From positions 100,884-161,895 of the forward strand of contig JAQGDQ010000501.1 of NCBI GenBank assembly GCA_030141605.1: 61,012 nucleotides of DNA, written 5' to 3'. Origin of the DNA: Tubiluchus corallicola. Lineage: Eukaryota > Animalia > Priapulida. The notes under the pieces were generated by a model that saw only the letters and a program-made list of their open reading frames with translations, ran no database searches and was not told where the DNA came from. Made by a program: the position numbers and the translations under genes. Each line of letters opens with the position of its first letter. Position 1 is the stretch's first letter. Below, one piece after another: positions 1 through 60,849 of this stretch.

Positions 1-340
1 CTTGGATTAGGAAATAACACTTTTACTAAGTAACATCACAATATAATAAATGTATAGCAATGCCAAAAGCCCCTGATCTATGAGACGTCCTGTTCATCAG
101 TGAGGAGTCTAATCAAAAGCCTTGCGGCGGGTGGCTTCACGGCATCCCTGCCAGCTGCGTGCGCAGTCTGACAAATGGGCAGTCACGTGACACCGCGCCT
201 TAATTTCCTTATTTGGGAGTCTGACAAATGGACAGTCACGTGGTACTGCACCTTAATTTCCTTATTTGGGTTTGGCTTCATCATACTCTTCTTAGCATAA
301 TTATCTGACATTTAACATGTTTTAACAGGTTCTCTTTACT
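1..340. repeat. Dispersed repeat (related copy at about 49040-49370), possibly LTR-like
   Basis: Both copies share the colinear blocks aatgccaa..cccctga, cacgtgacacc, ggcttcat, cataattatct and tttaacaggttctcttt. Confidence 0.45.
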
Positions 341-1217
341 ATATACATAATTTTCATTTAGATTTAAAGTGATAGTAGTATTAGTGATTTAAAATTAATT
401 AATAAATATTTTTTAAAATAAATTATTTTTTTGTAAATTTACTTAAATTTAAAAATGTAATAGATTTATGCCTCATCGTATTAGGCACAAATTTCACGAG
501 TTAGAAATTCCCTCACCACTTATCCAGAAATGGGAAAACCAACTTTGTTAAATAAAGAATCCGAGAAAAGTGTTCTCCCTGGGATGTATGTAAGTCTGAT
601 ACGTTTAACGCCTAATAATACGCAATGACGCGTCAGCTGCCACGTGACGTCACTTTGTGACGTATGAATGCCGTTACTAAGTCACAGCATTCAGCATAAA
701 CGGGGCGACAAAAGCTATAAAAGAGATTAACGATGAATGAAGAAAGCAAATTGGCGTGGGCAGAGCAGGGAGTGGATGGAAGGCGAAGAAGATGTTGTTG
801 CGAGAGAATTGTAAGATGGATAAGAAGGAAGATCAAAAGAAGAAATAGAGTAGTAAGTTTTGCTTTCGTCTTGCCTGTCTTTTCTTACCAGGTCAACAAA
901 CTTATCAGAAGAGGATATAACAAATTCGTGTTTGATCTTGTCCTATCCTGGTCTAGTTTATCTTCTACCTTAAATTAATTAACATTACTCTAGCAATGGC
1001 AATTAAACCTCACAATTCAGCATTGTTATCGTTATCATTGGATTAATAATAATTTATTGTCGATTTTCTTATCATTATTATTAACTCTTAGCCAACCAAG
1101 AGGTTTTACACTAAACACCAAACGGAGTAATAATTTACCCCAGGCAGGTAGTATCTGGTACTTGTGCTTTGTAAAAAATCACGAATGATACTTTTCAACA
1201 AAACCAAGGTAGGGTTG

Positions 1218-1900
1218 CATAGATAGATAGATAGATAGATATTTTATTTCTGAAAATCAAATTTCCAACAGGAAAATTACAAACTCGACGCATACCCGAT
1301 GGTTTTGTCAGCAGGCAGAACTCGGTTAATGATTTCCAGATCATACTAACAATTTGACTCAACATAGCTTCACAAGGTATATACACAGATATACAAATTT
1401 ACTTGTAAACTCCATGAACCGAAAAAAACTATTAACTAAGCATTTGTACACATGTGATAAACAAATATTTACCTATATGATAATCACAGCGATGCGGTTA
1501 TATGTCCGCTAACAAAGCTATACTATTTAATTCAAAAATCTATGCATACAGTCGTAAATGAAACTACCTATTGACATTAATTCTCCATCAAACAAATTTG
1601 CAATATTACTATAATTTAATGCGTACAGTGATCTATAAGGTGCATTTTCATGGCACTCGCACAAAAATGCTCTTCTGTCTGAATTTCTCCACAAAGACAC
1701 AACTCCACAAGAACCTGCGCTCACGAGGTACATTTGTCCAACGACCTGTTTCTATAGCTAGATTGTGTGATGAGACCCTTATTCTTGTGATGATTATACG
1801 TTTGTGCTCAGGTAACTCTGTCTTCCCATACATTGGATGCACAGACAAATTGGGATTTATTTCCAAATAAGTCTTGCATTTTGTACGATTAGAAACAAAT
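1218..1900 (-). mobile_element. 3' fragment of a non-LTR retrotransposon (RTE-X-like C-terminus) with AATAAA and a (TATC)n tail
   Basis: Translation RIRVSSHNLAIETGRWTNVPRERR is typical of the post-RT C-terminus of invertebrate LINEs. A second copy of its 3' part lies at 58175-58500 on the plus strand. Confidence 0.75.
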
Positions 1901-2410
1901 CGAACAATATTTAATCACTATTAGTTTGAAAATGTTTCGTTGAGGCATCAATATAAAAATGTGAGCAAATACTCCTGGGGTAATTTTTACTCCACCTTGG
2001 TCGGTTATGGGTTAAGTCGTTTACAAACTTTCATTCGTAATTTTTGATCAGGATGTGTGTTCAACGTGCAGCGTAGTAATGGGACAGATGGAAGAGCATG
2101 ATGAAAGGAAGGAAGTGAGTAGTTCTTTCAGATAAATTTTAAAAATAAAAAACACCAAACTGTTCAGACATTTGTTCATTTTGTTGCTGTCTTTGTTATC
2201 CAAAGCTGGGTCCTCGGTAAATCGTAATTCCCATGATGTCTTTGTACGTCTTTGCAGATGATTGTCAGTTTTATAATCTGCTAATTTAATACAAAATTAA
2301 CGACAAATTCTTTCTGTAATCATAATAATACGGTAAAAAACTTTAATATCTGTTGAGGTTATATTTCTTTTTTACGCTCGAGTCACAATATTCCTTTGTT
2401 TGGGGACGAT

Positions 2411-3357
2411 CCTGTGTGCTTCGTGGCCCTTTGAACCCTGTGCTTCGTGACCCTCTGGTCCTGTGCTTCGTGACCCTCTGGCCCTGTGCTTCGTGACCCT
2501 CTGGTCCTGTGCTTCGTGACCCTCTGGCCCTGTGCTTCGTGACCCTCTGGTCCTGTGCTTCGTGACCCTCTGGCCCTGTGCTTCGTGACCCTCTGGCACT
2601 GTGCTTTGTGACCCTCTGGCCTTGTGCTTCGTGACCCTCTGGCCCTGTGCATCGTGACCCTCTAGTCCTGTGCCTCGTGACCCTCTGGCCCTGTGCTTCG
2701 TGGCCCTCTGGCCCTGTGCTTCGTGACCCTCTGGCCCTGTGCTTCGTGACCCTCTGGCCCTGTGCTTCGCAACCCTCTGGCCCTTTGCTTCGTGACCATC
2801 TAGTCCTGTGCTTCGTGACCATCTAGTCCTGTGCTTCGTGACCCTCTGACCTTGTGCTACGTAACCGTCTAACCCAGTGCTTTGTGACCCTCTGGCCTTG
2901 TGCTTCGTGCCTTCCAGCCCCGTGCTTTGTGACCCTCTGACCCTGTGCTTCGTGATCCTCTAGCCCTATGCTTCGTGATCCTCTGGCCCTGTGCGTCGTG
3001 ACCCTAGGGCCCTGTGCTTCGTGACCATGTAGCCCTGTGCTTCGCGACCCTCTGGCCCTGTGCTTCGTAACCCTCTAGCCCTGTGCTTCGTGACCCTCTG
3101 CCCCGGGCTTCGTGGCCCTCTGGCCCTGTGCTTCGTGACCCTCTGGCCCTGTGCTTCGTGACCCTCTGGCACTGTGCTTCGTGACCCTCTAGTCCTGTGC
3201 TTCGTGACCCTCTAGCCCTGTGCTTCGTGACCCTCTAGCCCTGTGCTTCGTGACCCTCTGGCCCTGTGCTTCGTGACCCTCTGGTCCTGTGCTTCGTAAC
3301 CCTCTGGCCCTTTGCTTCGTGACCATCTAGTCCTGTGCTTCGGGACCCTCTGGTCCT
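2411..3357. repeat. 23-bp minisatellite (GTGACCCTCTGGCCCTGTGCTTC), about 40 copies
   Basis: Direct tandem periodicity; it explains ORFs 2343..3172. Confidence 0.97.
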
Positions 3358-3419
3358 AAACGGAAGACTAATAATAAATAAATAAAAATAAAGACCGGGT
3401 GTATATCAAGAAGATTCTG

Positions 3420-3533
3420 CTGTAAGCAAAATGTTAATTAGTAAGTCTCAAGCAGTTTCACATCTGCACTGGGACTCGCACCTCCGTCTTCTTCTCTCCC
3501 GGACGCCATGCTAAACCCTACACTACAACGGCA
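3420..3533 (-). mobile_element. Possible degenerate tRNA-derived SINE head
   Basis: The minus strand reads gtagtgtagggtttagca ... ggtgcgagtcc, resembling Pol III A and B boxes. Confidence 0.3.
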
Positions 3534-5710
3534 CGATGCTTTTTAGACTGGAGAATTTACTAAGATGTTTTTTTTTGTTTTTTGTAGGATGGAAAGGAAA
3601 AGTATGAGGAAAAGGAAAGGAAAGGCAAATGAATGAGAGGCTGGCAGCGACCATTTTCGGGTGGTCGCTGCCAGGCCAGGTGAATGTATAGGCAATGGTA
3701 AGACTTGGTTTCAAATAACTTCTTTATTGTACATGGTAGTTTCAGTGTAGTGTATGTACTAAAATTTCTCGTAGTTTTTCCACGTGACGAGACACAAACA
3801 TTCAGGGGAGAGGACGCAAATATGACACTAGTCGCTTCATGGCGTTGCTTTTGCTAAACTCCTAAAAAATTTCTACAGAAAATGATTAAAAATTATGGAA
3901 TTAGGAAATTGGAAATAGGATAGTTTATTTGATCAGTTCTGTCAAATCAGATATACCAGCATGTACCAGAAGGATAGTTTCCTGCAAGCGATTACACCAT
4001 TGGTTCATGCTGTCACCTTCATATATAGAATCTAGAGAGGAGAATTAAAGATGGCGTCCAGCTATTGTACGTAAAGTATGCCGAATATAATGATGATGTC
4101 CCACGATAATTTGCAAGTTTAAGAATGAATGGAAGACACTCAATTGATTGTTAGCTTTAGCTGGCTTAGTTGACGGAAAGACCAACCTGTTACAAAAAAA
4201 CCCTCTTCCCTTTTTTAGACCTTCGGTAAACAACTAACTTCGAATTTTTATTGCTTACGCTACAGTGGCTTCTTGAGTCCCCGGCTTCACTAAACTTCAA
4301 TAGTTTGGCTTCACTGCGAGTGGGTCTCTGTGCATAATTAATCATACGTCAGTAGTAACTAGTATCGGTTGCTCGTTTCTGTTTAACAAAACAAACACAG
4401 TATTGTAATTTATGACTACTGTTATCTATTGTATGTGTATTACTTAAGCTATTATAATTTTTAATGTGAAGTTAATGTGTACTACTAATTTATATAATTA
4501 TCAGTTTTGTCTAAGTTTTGGATTTTTCTGTGTTTTTCAGGATTAGAAGAAAATGGAGGAGCAAACCAAAGCTCGTAAAAAAATCGGACCGAAAATTAAA
4601 AAAATTAAAAAAAATTAAAAAAAGTAAAACAAAAAAAAATCAAAAAAATGTAAAACAAAAAAAATAAAAAAATGTAAAATAAAAAAATCCGGGAAACCGA
4701 AACCTCGTTAAAAAATTGGACAAAAAAACTTGTTTGTTGATGCATTGATATTTTGCTAATAATGTTGTTGATAATGAGTTTGATAACGATTATATAATAT
4801 TTTGCTTAAAATGATACCTTAAGTATAATATTTTGACGGATATAATTTGTCCAGAATGTTGTGTTCATTCTAATTGCTGGCTTCATGAAGAGCTACCCAA
4901 ATGTATTTATCTATTTAGGCTTGGCCACGTAAAATATGGCTTCATTTCTAAAAATTTCTAGTACTAGTAAAGTTCTAGTATAGTCTAGTAAACTTCGTTT
5001 GATACTGGCGCCATCGTTTTGTAGGACTTCAGTTAAACTACTGATCATATATATATAGCAGCACCATCTGTAGGCATCTAAATGAAACATTAAGAACATG
5101 TTTTGTAGTGCTGTCACCTTCTGTGGCTCGGACCAATGAGAGTTGACAGTGATAAAAGTACTTCATACTTTCTTTCACAAGGATAAGGATGCGCAAAAGC
5201 TCCATGATTTCAATTGTGCCAACACTCCCCGCTTTTCAAATTGCTTGCATCCCACTTGTGACGTAGGCATTACTGTTTACTGTTGGGTACATGAATAATA
5301 CCCTTTAATTTACTGAGATTGTACACATTTATTTTATGTGTAGTTTCATCTGTAGTTTTTTTATTATTCTATCTTTCTGTGAAGCTGATGAAATCCGAGA
5401 GAACGAAAGCTTTTGAAGGAAAATAATTTTTGAGATTTATTGACATTTTGATTTCATTTACGATTATGGCAGATCTCAGAAGAACACTATCTTAGTTTCA
5501 TACCAAACAATCTTTTCTAGACATGGGTCAATGACCCCTTAGGATGTTCTAAATGCCCTTTTAGGCAAATACTCCATCAAAGCAACCACTGCATTCGTTT
5601 TTCCCTACACTAAATTTTACATACCATATTTTTAAAATCGGACAAAAGTATAATTCTGCATTTTTAGTCATTAGTTTACTTTTGTACTAAAGTTATAGAG
5701 ATCTAATTTT

Positions 5711-5848
5711 ACATGCTTATATGCTGCACTGTTTCATGCTTACATGCTGCACTGTTTCATGCTTACATGCTGTACTGTTTCATGCTTACATACTGCACTG
5801 TTTCATGCTTACATGCTGCACTGTTTCATGCTTACACGCCGTACTGTT
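5711..5848. repeat. 23-bp minisatellite (CATGCTGCACTGTTTCATGCTTA), about 6 copies
   Basis: Tandem periodicity. Confidence 0.9.
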
Positions 5849-5974
5849 TGGTCCAGAAAAAATTATGGCTTCAAGATCCTAAAAACTTCTGGGCCCACTA
5901 AGAAAAGGACGTCTCTATTTGGAGTGTCAGTCACGTGATTTCGACTGACTCTCTTCATGGTTGTGGACCATGTT

Positions 5975-6309
<335 letters not shown>

Positions 6310-6801
6310 AGTAAAGTAGATAGTTTTATTTTGTTTTACTTTGTTTCGTTTTGTTTCGTTTCACTTTTATGGCAATACTTTGAAGTAACAAGTTTAATTG
6401 TTGTTTTTCTCCACCTTAGCAGATGCTTGTGGACCATCCTATTATAATGTATAAAATTCTGATAAAACAGGATTCGTCACTTTTTACATAGTTTATTTAA
6501 TACATTTCATACAAAAATTAAACATACGTTAATAAATTATTCTTTATCCATTGGCCTTAGACATTTGATTTCCTAAAATAATCAACAAGAACCTGCCATT
6601 ATAGAGCACTTATTTTTATTTTGTAATATTTTGTACACTATTACACATTACAATAATAATTCGCAGTTTTCTCCTTACAAATGAATCCATTTTTTTACAA
6701 ATGTCGCGCAAGTTTGTGAAGGTTACCATGAGATGGCGCTGTGACGCGGCGTGGAAAATGATGCTTCACTAAAACCTTTGCGTCCATTTTTTTATCTGCC
6801 A

Positions 6802-30657
<23,856 letters not shown>

Positions 30658-31425
30658 TTTATTCAGATAACGTTTTTTGCACTGTAGCTCAGTTTAAAAA
30701 GTGGACCATTGCACTTGTCAACTCTATTCACTCCTTGTTCACACGCAGGTAGTCTATAGTGCAACTAGTCAACCACTAGAATGGAAAGTATAACGTTAAT
30801 CTTAACACGGTCAGTTCCTCTATAAATTATTATAACCCAGCAGTGGGTGGCTCTTTCTCTCTGCGTGGAGGGTGCCGTCAAACGTGAAACTCATTGGAGC
30901 AAGACAGTCATGCTCAAAAGTTGTGTCACTGTCAAATGTTGTGTACACAGAATTAAATTCCGCTAGTGTGAACGAGGCGTAAGCTACACAAGGGATTAGT
31001 TCGTGATGTCACGAATTTTTCTGAGGTCATCTCATTTTAAAAGTTATTACGAACGAAAAAAATCTCTCCCGGTAACCTGGTCGTGGGAACAGTGAAATAG
31101 TCCATTGTTACTTGAAAAGTATGGTCAACGCAAAGCGTCATCACTATGTAAAAAGCACCTGAAATTATAATGGATTAATTTTTACTGTAATGTGAAGCGA
31201 GTTATTGTAATATCACAGAACAAAATTGTTCGAAAAGTGAAGTGAATTAATTATGATAAATTTGTTAGGTTATATTTAGTCAAATCCACAGATATTCATT
31301 ATTCAACTAAGGACTAATTCATAGCTTGTAGTCTCAGTCATTTATCATAGGAGGTGGACTTAGCACACGGTAACCCTTTTAGAGAAAAAAGGAATTGTAC
31401 GATTTCTGGACAGAAACTGGTTAAG

Positions 31426-32009
31426 TTTACTGCTGTTTAAAGGAAACGTCAAATTTTCTGAGAGGTCCATGCGTGTTGGCTCGTATTTCGTTTTTTACTG
31501 CTGTTTAAAGGAGAGGTCAAGTTTTCTGGGAGGTTCATACGTGTTGACTCGTATTTCGTGTTTTACTAGTGTTTAAAGGAGAGGTCAAGTTTTGTGAGAG
31601 GTCCATACGTGTTGGCTCGTCTTTCGTTTTTTACTGCTGTTTAAAGGAAAGGTCAAGTTTTCTGAGAGGTCCATACGTGTTGACTCGTCTTTCGTTTTTA
31701 CTGCTGTTTAAAGGAGAGGTCAAGTTTTCTGAGAGGTCCATACGTGTTGACTCGTCTTTCGTTTTTTACTGCTGTTTAAAGGAGAGGTCAAGTTTTCTGA
31801 GATGTCCATACGTGTTGACTTGTCTTTCGTTTTTTACTGCTGTTTAAAGGAGAGGTCAAGTTTTCTGAGAGGTCCATACGTGTTGGCTCGTATTTTGTTT
31901 TTTACTGCTGTTTAAAGGAAACGTCAAATTTTCTGAGAGGTCCATGCGTGTTGGCTCGTATTTCGTTTTTTACTGCTGTTTAAAGGAGAAGTCAAGTTTT
32001 CTGAGAGGT
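31426..32009. repeat. 68-bp minisatellite, about 8.5 copies
   Basis: Unit tttactgctgtttaaaggagaggtcaagttttctgagaggtccatacgtgttgactcgtctttcgttt. Confidence 0.93.
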
Positions 32010-32274
32010 TAGGTTTATTTCGATGTTCTCGAAGAATGTTTGAAGGATTTAGTAATAAAACTGCAATAAGCACCTCGTGTAATTAGTAAAATCACTTTAC
32101 AGTCGCGATCATTCCAATGACGTCATTCGTTCTGAAGAAAAGTAGCGCACTGTCAGTCTTTCGTCAAAAGTATAATAAGTTTTTATAAAGAAACATAGAT
32201 AGATAATTTTGTAATATATATATATATATTCTTAAAAATATTATTAGAAAACCTATAATATATATATATATTAT

Positions 32275-32502
32275 TATTTTTATTTATTTATTATTATTAT
32301 CACATTCAGTGCAATATAATGACATTAAGCACACAGTGACATCAAAATTATTACGTCATACTGTATTAAATTGTTATGTTTCATACACTATCGTTATCAT
32401 AAAAGAATAATTGTACTGCAGTGGGCTAGAGAAGCAAAGGCTTGTATAAGCCCACTGTCATGTGAACCAGATAAAAAAAGAATGGATGAGTGAACAAAAG
32501 AA
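32275..32502 (-). mobile_element. Retroposon 3' end (second copy at 39565-39790)
   Basis: About 200 bp near-identical to 39590-39785, with a cagtgggct..cccactg hairpin and an A-rich tail on the minus strand. Confidence 0.6.
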
Positions 32503-33194
32503 ATATATTTATGTGTGTGTGTGTGTGTGTGTGTGTATATACATATATATAATATGTATAAAAGGAAAGCTGTGTTTAGTCCAAGAAGTAGGGCTGTTTT
32601 TGAGTCAGTATACTGTTATTAATAACTTGCTGTACAATGCAGATGCACATTAAATTAGACTGAACATTTTTAAGTCGTAGCAAAGAATTTTATTTACCCC
32701 TTCTAGCTAATACTTTCTTGTATATAAGCTTAGTATGTTTCTGTAAACTAACTCAGTGTTTTTACTTCTGCTTACATATGATTTATTAATAGTTAAACTC
32801 ACATTATATATATATAAGTTGGACACGAAGGGGTCTAAACGTGACTGGACTACAAAATTCAGTGTCCTTTGCACTACATGATTGAACTGACATTTGGAAT
32901 TCATTGCATTACAATTGTAAACGTAATCTGAAAACTATCATTTCTGCATTACTTTCAAAATAATGACAAACACTGGCCAGTAGCTGTCAAAAGTTAAACT
33001 TGTGACACAAAAACAAAATTAATGTTTTAAAAAGTTAACACTTTAACACGAGTATATAGCAAATTAGATATTTAATGTTAAAATGATGGTTAAATTCACT
33101 ATTAAGCTTACAACATTTAGTGAAAAACTAAAAGTACTGCATAATCTTTGTGAAAGTATTGAGCTTTTAAAATCATATATAATAATGTGTATTC

Positions 33195-33500
33195 AGTAAG
33201 TTAGCTAGTTAGTTAGTTAGTTAGTCAGTCAGTCAGTCAGTCAGTCAGTCAGTCAGTCAGTCAGTCAGTCAGTCAGTCAGTTAGTCAGTCAGTCAGTCAA
33301 ACAGTCAGTTAGTCAGTCAGCCAGTCAGTCAGTCAGTCAGTCAAATAGTCAGTCAGTCAGTCAGTCAGTCAGTGGGTGGATCAGTCAGTCAGTCAGTTAG
33401 TTAGTTTGTCAGTTAGTTAGTTAATTAGTTAGTTAGCGAGGTAGTTAGTTAGTCAGTCAGTCAATCAATGAATCAATCAATCAGTCAGTCAGTCAGTCGG
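33195..33500. repeat. (AGTC)n/(AGTT)n microsatellite
   Basis: Period-4 run. Confidence 0.93.
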
Positions 33501-34249
33501 TCTGTGAAAATAATATCACTCATATGATATATACAATAACAAATCACATAATATATAATACGACATGTGTATACAATCTTAGCCCAGCTTATGTATGAGT
33601 TCTTATTTGAATGTTGCAAGCTCTTGGTAGTTTAAAAGTAATAAACAGTAATAAAGTAATAAAAGAGAAAATATTTTAGATCACTTGTTTACCTGGCGAT
33701 GCATACATTAGCCTAAGATATTGAACAAAATGTGATTTTTAACATATGCATAATGCCACCATATTATATTGATATTTTGTTACTATGAACAAGATATGTG
33801 TGGCCAATTAATAACTGATTTAAGATATTTTCTGTTTAATTATTTCAATTGTTCGTGGTACGTAAATAAATTGTGACTGACTTGAATATGTTTGTTGATT
33901 ACCTTATTTTCTTTAATAGCCAATATTAAGACATTTTTCCGGAAATTTTTTGTGAAGAAAATTTCTTGGGATATCGTTTAAATTGTCCCTTTCTTCCCCT
34001 TAAAATGTCGAACAAATGAAGAGGTTTTTTGTATACCTAAATTAAAGAGTTATGATCTGACGTCAGCAGCATTCTAGAATAGTAAAACCATAATAATTTC
34101 CGAATTATTCATCCTGTTAATATCATTTTAATTTTCTGGATCGTGAAACCACATGTCCAGTTCCTGCCAATGTAACTGCCAACGTAATTTTGCGTACAAC
34201 AGCAATCCTATCATGATGACCAACGTGACCCGATATTTGCGTAAATCAG

Positions 34250-34912
34250 GTGCATATAAAAGTAATCTGGAAGCTTTACAAATTACCCAGGACAAAATTC
34301 TCAAACTCATATATCATGTAAGGTATGACCATCCCACAAATATAATTTACTTGTCTGTTAAAACTCTTAAAGTGAAAGAAATATATGACATGTATTGTCT
34401 TCATTTCATGTATCAATATCATAATTCACTACTTCCACCAGCTTTTCAGTCATACTTTAGTCCAGTTTCAAATCAACATGATCATTACACAAGATATTCA
34501 GTCGGAAACTATGTACTCCCTCTTCCAAAAACAAATATAATGAAACAGTCATCAAAATATAATGCTATTAAAATATGGTCATCAATTCGGCGTGAAATGA
34601 AAACTCTTAATCTTTATCAATTTAAAAAAGCATCAAAGAATTACCTAATACAACGGTATAATTAACTCACAATTTTACTCATCCTGATCTTAAGTTACTA
34701 ACAAAACTTATTTTGTTCTAATGTACGTTATAACTGATGAAAATGTAATGTTGATTGTCAATTGTTTCACTTATCTGGAGGAGGACTCGAAAGCTCAATG
34801 CTCCTTCCTCCTCCTCACAGTGACTCGCATAGTTGATTTTTTTCAATGTAATATCAATTTATATGTATGTTTGAGTTGCTGTGGAATAAATTCATAATTC
34901 ATAATAATTCAT
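34250..34912 (+). mobile_element. 5'-truncated CR1/L2-clade LINE: ORF2 C-terminus, 3' UTR hairpin, AATAAA and (ATTCATA) tail
   Basis: Translation LQITQDKILKLI...FMYQYHNSLLP..F..YF....H.HYTR...KIW...FKK. Hairpin ggaggagg..cctcctcc at 34777-34814. Confidence 0.82.
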
Positions 34913-36584
34913 ACGGAAGTCGACGTCAGAATTTGACAGTTTCATAAATAATGCTCTGTTTTGTCATACTCGGATCAGTGTATTCACCAAAACACGGTGG
35001 TTTTTGTGTCACAATATGGGACATTAATCAGAAAGCGTCAGGAAAGGTTACGTTTTATGAAATTGTCGCATCGTTGTCATTAATATCCGCCAGGTGTCGC
35101 TGCGAGACGTGTGTAACATTCGGTTCATTTTGCATAAGTTTATGCGTACGTTAAACTTTGTGTTTTTTGCCACTATTTTAATAATAAAAAGCATTTCCAC
35201 ACTAAGCACAGGACGACGCATAATCTTTTGCAAGGTATACAACAACAAGAGTAAAATTACATAAAATTTAATTACACTAGCTAATACAATCGAAATTAAT
35301 TGTGTTATAGTCTTTAATCACGTAAAATTATACATATGTAAATATAAATGTGAATATATAACTTTCTTTATAAATTTCTGTACTACACATGAGCTTAAAT
35401 TTAAAGATATTTTAATTGTATGTAAAAATTTCTAGTAAGAATTGTAAATTTTAAGTATTTTTACATACTAACATCGCTTCGTCAACGTTTTTGATCATAT
35501 ATAATTTGCTAACCATATTACACTATTGTAAAATATCCGTCCAAAGACTGAACATACACAATTATTCATATGTGTTGTAATTTTATTACTGTACATTTTC
35601 TGTATGTTTTATTACAATAAAGTATTGTAAAGATTTCTGACTTATGACTTAAATTTTAAATTATTAACAATTTTCTTTTTCATTTTAACATTTTATTAAC
35701 AGCATCACATTAAAAACCATATTTAAATACTAATTATTGATCGTGTTTACTTTTTAAATACATAAATAAAACCGTATTATGTTGAAAAGTAAAAAAAACC
35801 TTATTCAAAAAGTCAGTACGAAACGTCATGCAAGTCATAATGTGAAATAATTTAGAAGGAGGAGACAAGAAAAAGAAGAAAGTCTATTTGGAAGCAAAAT
35901 AATAGCAAAAGATGCCTCTAGAATTCTCTATCACTTTTATTATATCCAGCAAATAATATCACCAATCACATTATAAAGAAAATTAAAATCATTGACGACA
36001 ATAGATTCGAATATCCGTCACACCAACACGACAACTTAACGTATGCGTATTGCTTAATGCGTAATGCGCAAACCGCATTGTGTATACAGCACTTTATACC
36101 TAAACACGTGGATGTGTTTCCAGGTGTACGTAATGCGTAAACTGCAATGCGTCTGCGTAATCCGTATTGTGTATACAGCAATTTATAATTGAACACGTAG
36201 ACGTGTTTCCATGTAATGCGTAATCAGTAACGCGTGATGCGTAGTCCGTATTGCGGATACAGCAGTTTACATTGAAACACGTGGACATGTTTGCAAGTGT
36301 GCGTAATGCGTGATACGTATTCATTCGAACGTGATGGCTATCGCCCGAATACGCATCACGCAGCAATACGCAGACGGGAAACCGCCGTTGCCTAGGTGAT
36401 TTATCAACTTGGTTATATTTACTATGTACAGTATAAATAGAGCTTGTAAAAAGGCTCAAAAATTTGTTGAATTCAATGGTACAGACACCGCTAATCGATG
36501 TTTCATTATACAATGTTGGAAATGTTGCTTACAAGTAATATTGTTTTACGTAAAGGTTGTTAAAAGAACATCAAATCAAATCTT

Positions 36585-37550
36585 AACCTGTAGCTCAAAA
36601 CAATCTAAACTAAACAATCAAACAATGTAACTGAAAACAATCTAAATTTTTGAAGGAGAAAACTTTCTACTTTTTTCAAAAATGATTTATGAAAACAATC
36701 ATTGCGCATTGTCTCACAAACGCAATTTCACGGTTACACGTATTTCGCAAATCGTTTATGGGCAGTAGCCCCCACAATCAGAAACGCGTAGCACTAAACA
36801 GGTGCTGTACCTCTCATTTCAGAGGTGTTCTGTTGTGAGGTCGAGAGATAATGCGTGAGCACACAGCGGCAAACTTTGAAATCTGATTTTTAAACTTAAA
36901 ATTTGCTGAGTTTTTGTATATTGTACAGTAGCACTGAACATCAATTTTTGCTTTCACAAACGCGTGCAACAAGCATAGACTTCTACGCATTATACGTAGA
37001 ATTCGTATAATGTTTATGCTCTCAAAAATAAGCCATTCACAGTTTGCTTGTGCGCACGCGCAGCTGCTGTGGGTAATAGGTTAAGTGTACCACGACAACG
37101 CGTCTTAACTACAATCGTCACTTGACATGGAAAGCATTAGTTCAAAATCTTCAGTTGTTTTACGAGGACTTTGCTTAGTTGCGCATTAGTTTGTGCGCAG
37201 AGTGATTTACTAGCTGGATCTTGCTTGGGAACAAGAAAAATGAAGCAAGTATGGTTCTAGCTAGCTGTTAAAACTGTTACTCTTATAGTAGCAGGGGCTG
37301 CGAGGCGTTGTCAAGTGTACACAAATGCATTATCTAGTACATTTAGCCTTTGACCTTTTAGCGATCATCATCAATCGCTGGAACTGTGAAAAGGCTTATT
37401 ATGTTCATTTGTGACGTCATGGACTTTAATTTTTATCTATTATTGAATGATCAGAAAGGTTTTGGCATTATTAAAGCTGTTAAAATGTATACCTTTTGCC
37501 GTACTTCAACATGGAAAAGAGGATATTAAGAATCATCCTGTCTTCCTTAA
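36585..37550. mobile_element. Diverged, interrupted Kolobok/T2-like MITE copy
   Basis: Degenerate core at 36590-36972; right end aatcatcctgtcttcc|TTAA at 37550. Confidence 0.55.
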
Positions 37551-37611
37551 GATTTAAGACAATAATTACAAGACTAGCAATGTTTGTAACAATATCATCA
37601 ATGTGATCAGA

Positions 37612-59428
<21,817 letters not shown>

Positions 59429-59902
59429 TTCTGTTATTAAAACTTAAACAAAGCTAGCAAATTTGCACGCTTCTCACATACACTGTTCTAGTATAGAATA
59501 AAAGCCAAGAGAACGACCAGACTTTTTTGTGTTTGGTCAAGCAAAACGACAGCTCAGTAGTGTCATATGTGACTTACAGAAATAGTGTGTTGTACAATAA
59601 ACCCTCAACTCAAACGGTGACATATATATGTAACAAATGAGTAAATTATGTAATGATTTTATATTTTTATGAACCTTTACCCGACACAGTTAAGAGTGCA
59701 AGGGTTGCATTTATTACCTACTCATGAAACAAAACGACAAATCTACTTTGCTGTCGGCAGTTCAGAGAAAATACAATATATGTTCATTGACATAGCGTAA
59801 TGTAATGTAACGTAACATAACATAATACGACAAAAAGTAACCATATGTTACATAGGTATACCAAGAATTTATTTTTTGATCTTTCTTCAGTGTATGTATG
59901 TG

Positions 59903-60442
<540 letters not shown>

Positions 60443-60849
60443 CTTTGTTACGTAATGTTGCATGTATTCCTAATACTGTATTTTGATCATTCTTTAGGAT
60501 TTAATGAATGAATTGAATTGAATCATGAGAACATGGAGTTTGGTTGTGAAAATTCTGTCATGTTAGCAATATGATGTGACTTCACATGATGTAAAATATC
60601 AAATTTATGTTCACTTCCCTTCTTTTTAAACCTATTTATTTGTGCAATAATTCGAAGGCAGAGGCACGTCGTTGGCCGATTGAGGAACAGGTGCTGAACC
60701 CGGACACGCAAAAACAGGAAGAAAATAAAAGAAATTCAGAAACCTTACCCATTTATAAACTGTTATGATAATAATTAAACGACTCATTGTACAATATCTA
60801 TAGGTCTATACATATATATCCTTTTAAGCTAGTGCATGTATATATATAT

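Noticed and set aside
633-978. Short ORFs and clustered CACGTG/TGACGTCA palindromes
   Set aside because: No recognisable protein and no linked gene start; short motifs alone are not enough to call a promoter.
2343-3357. ORFs with GPEGHEAQGQRVTKHR repeats
   Set aside because: The 23-bp unit is not a multiple of three, and there is no splice or homology support.
3940-4920. Possible decayed DNA-transposon coding remnants (e.g. CPEC...WLHE)
   Set aside because: Too degenerate to assign without a profile search.
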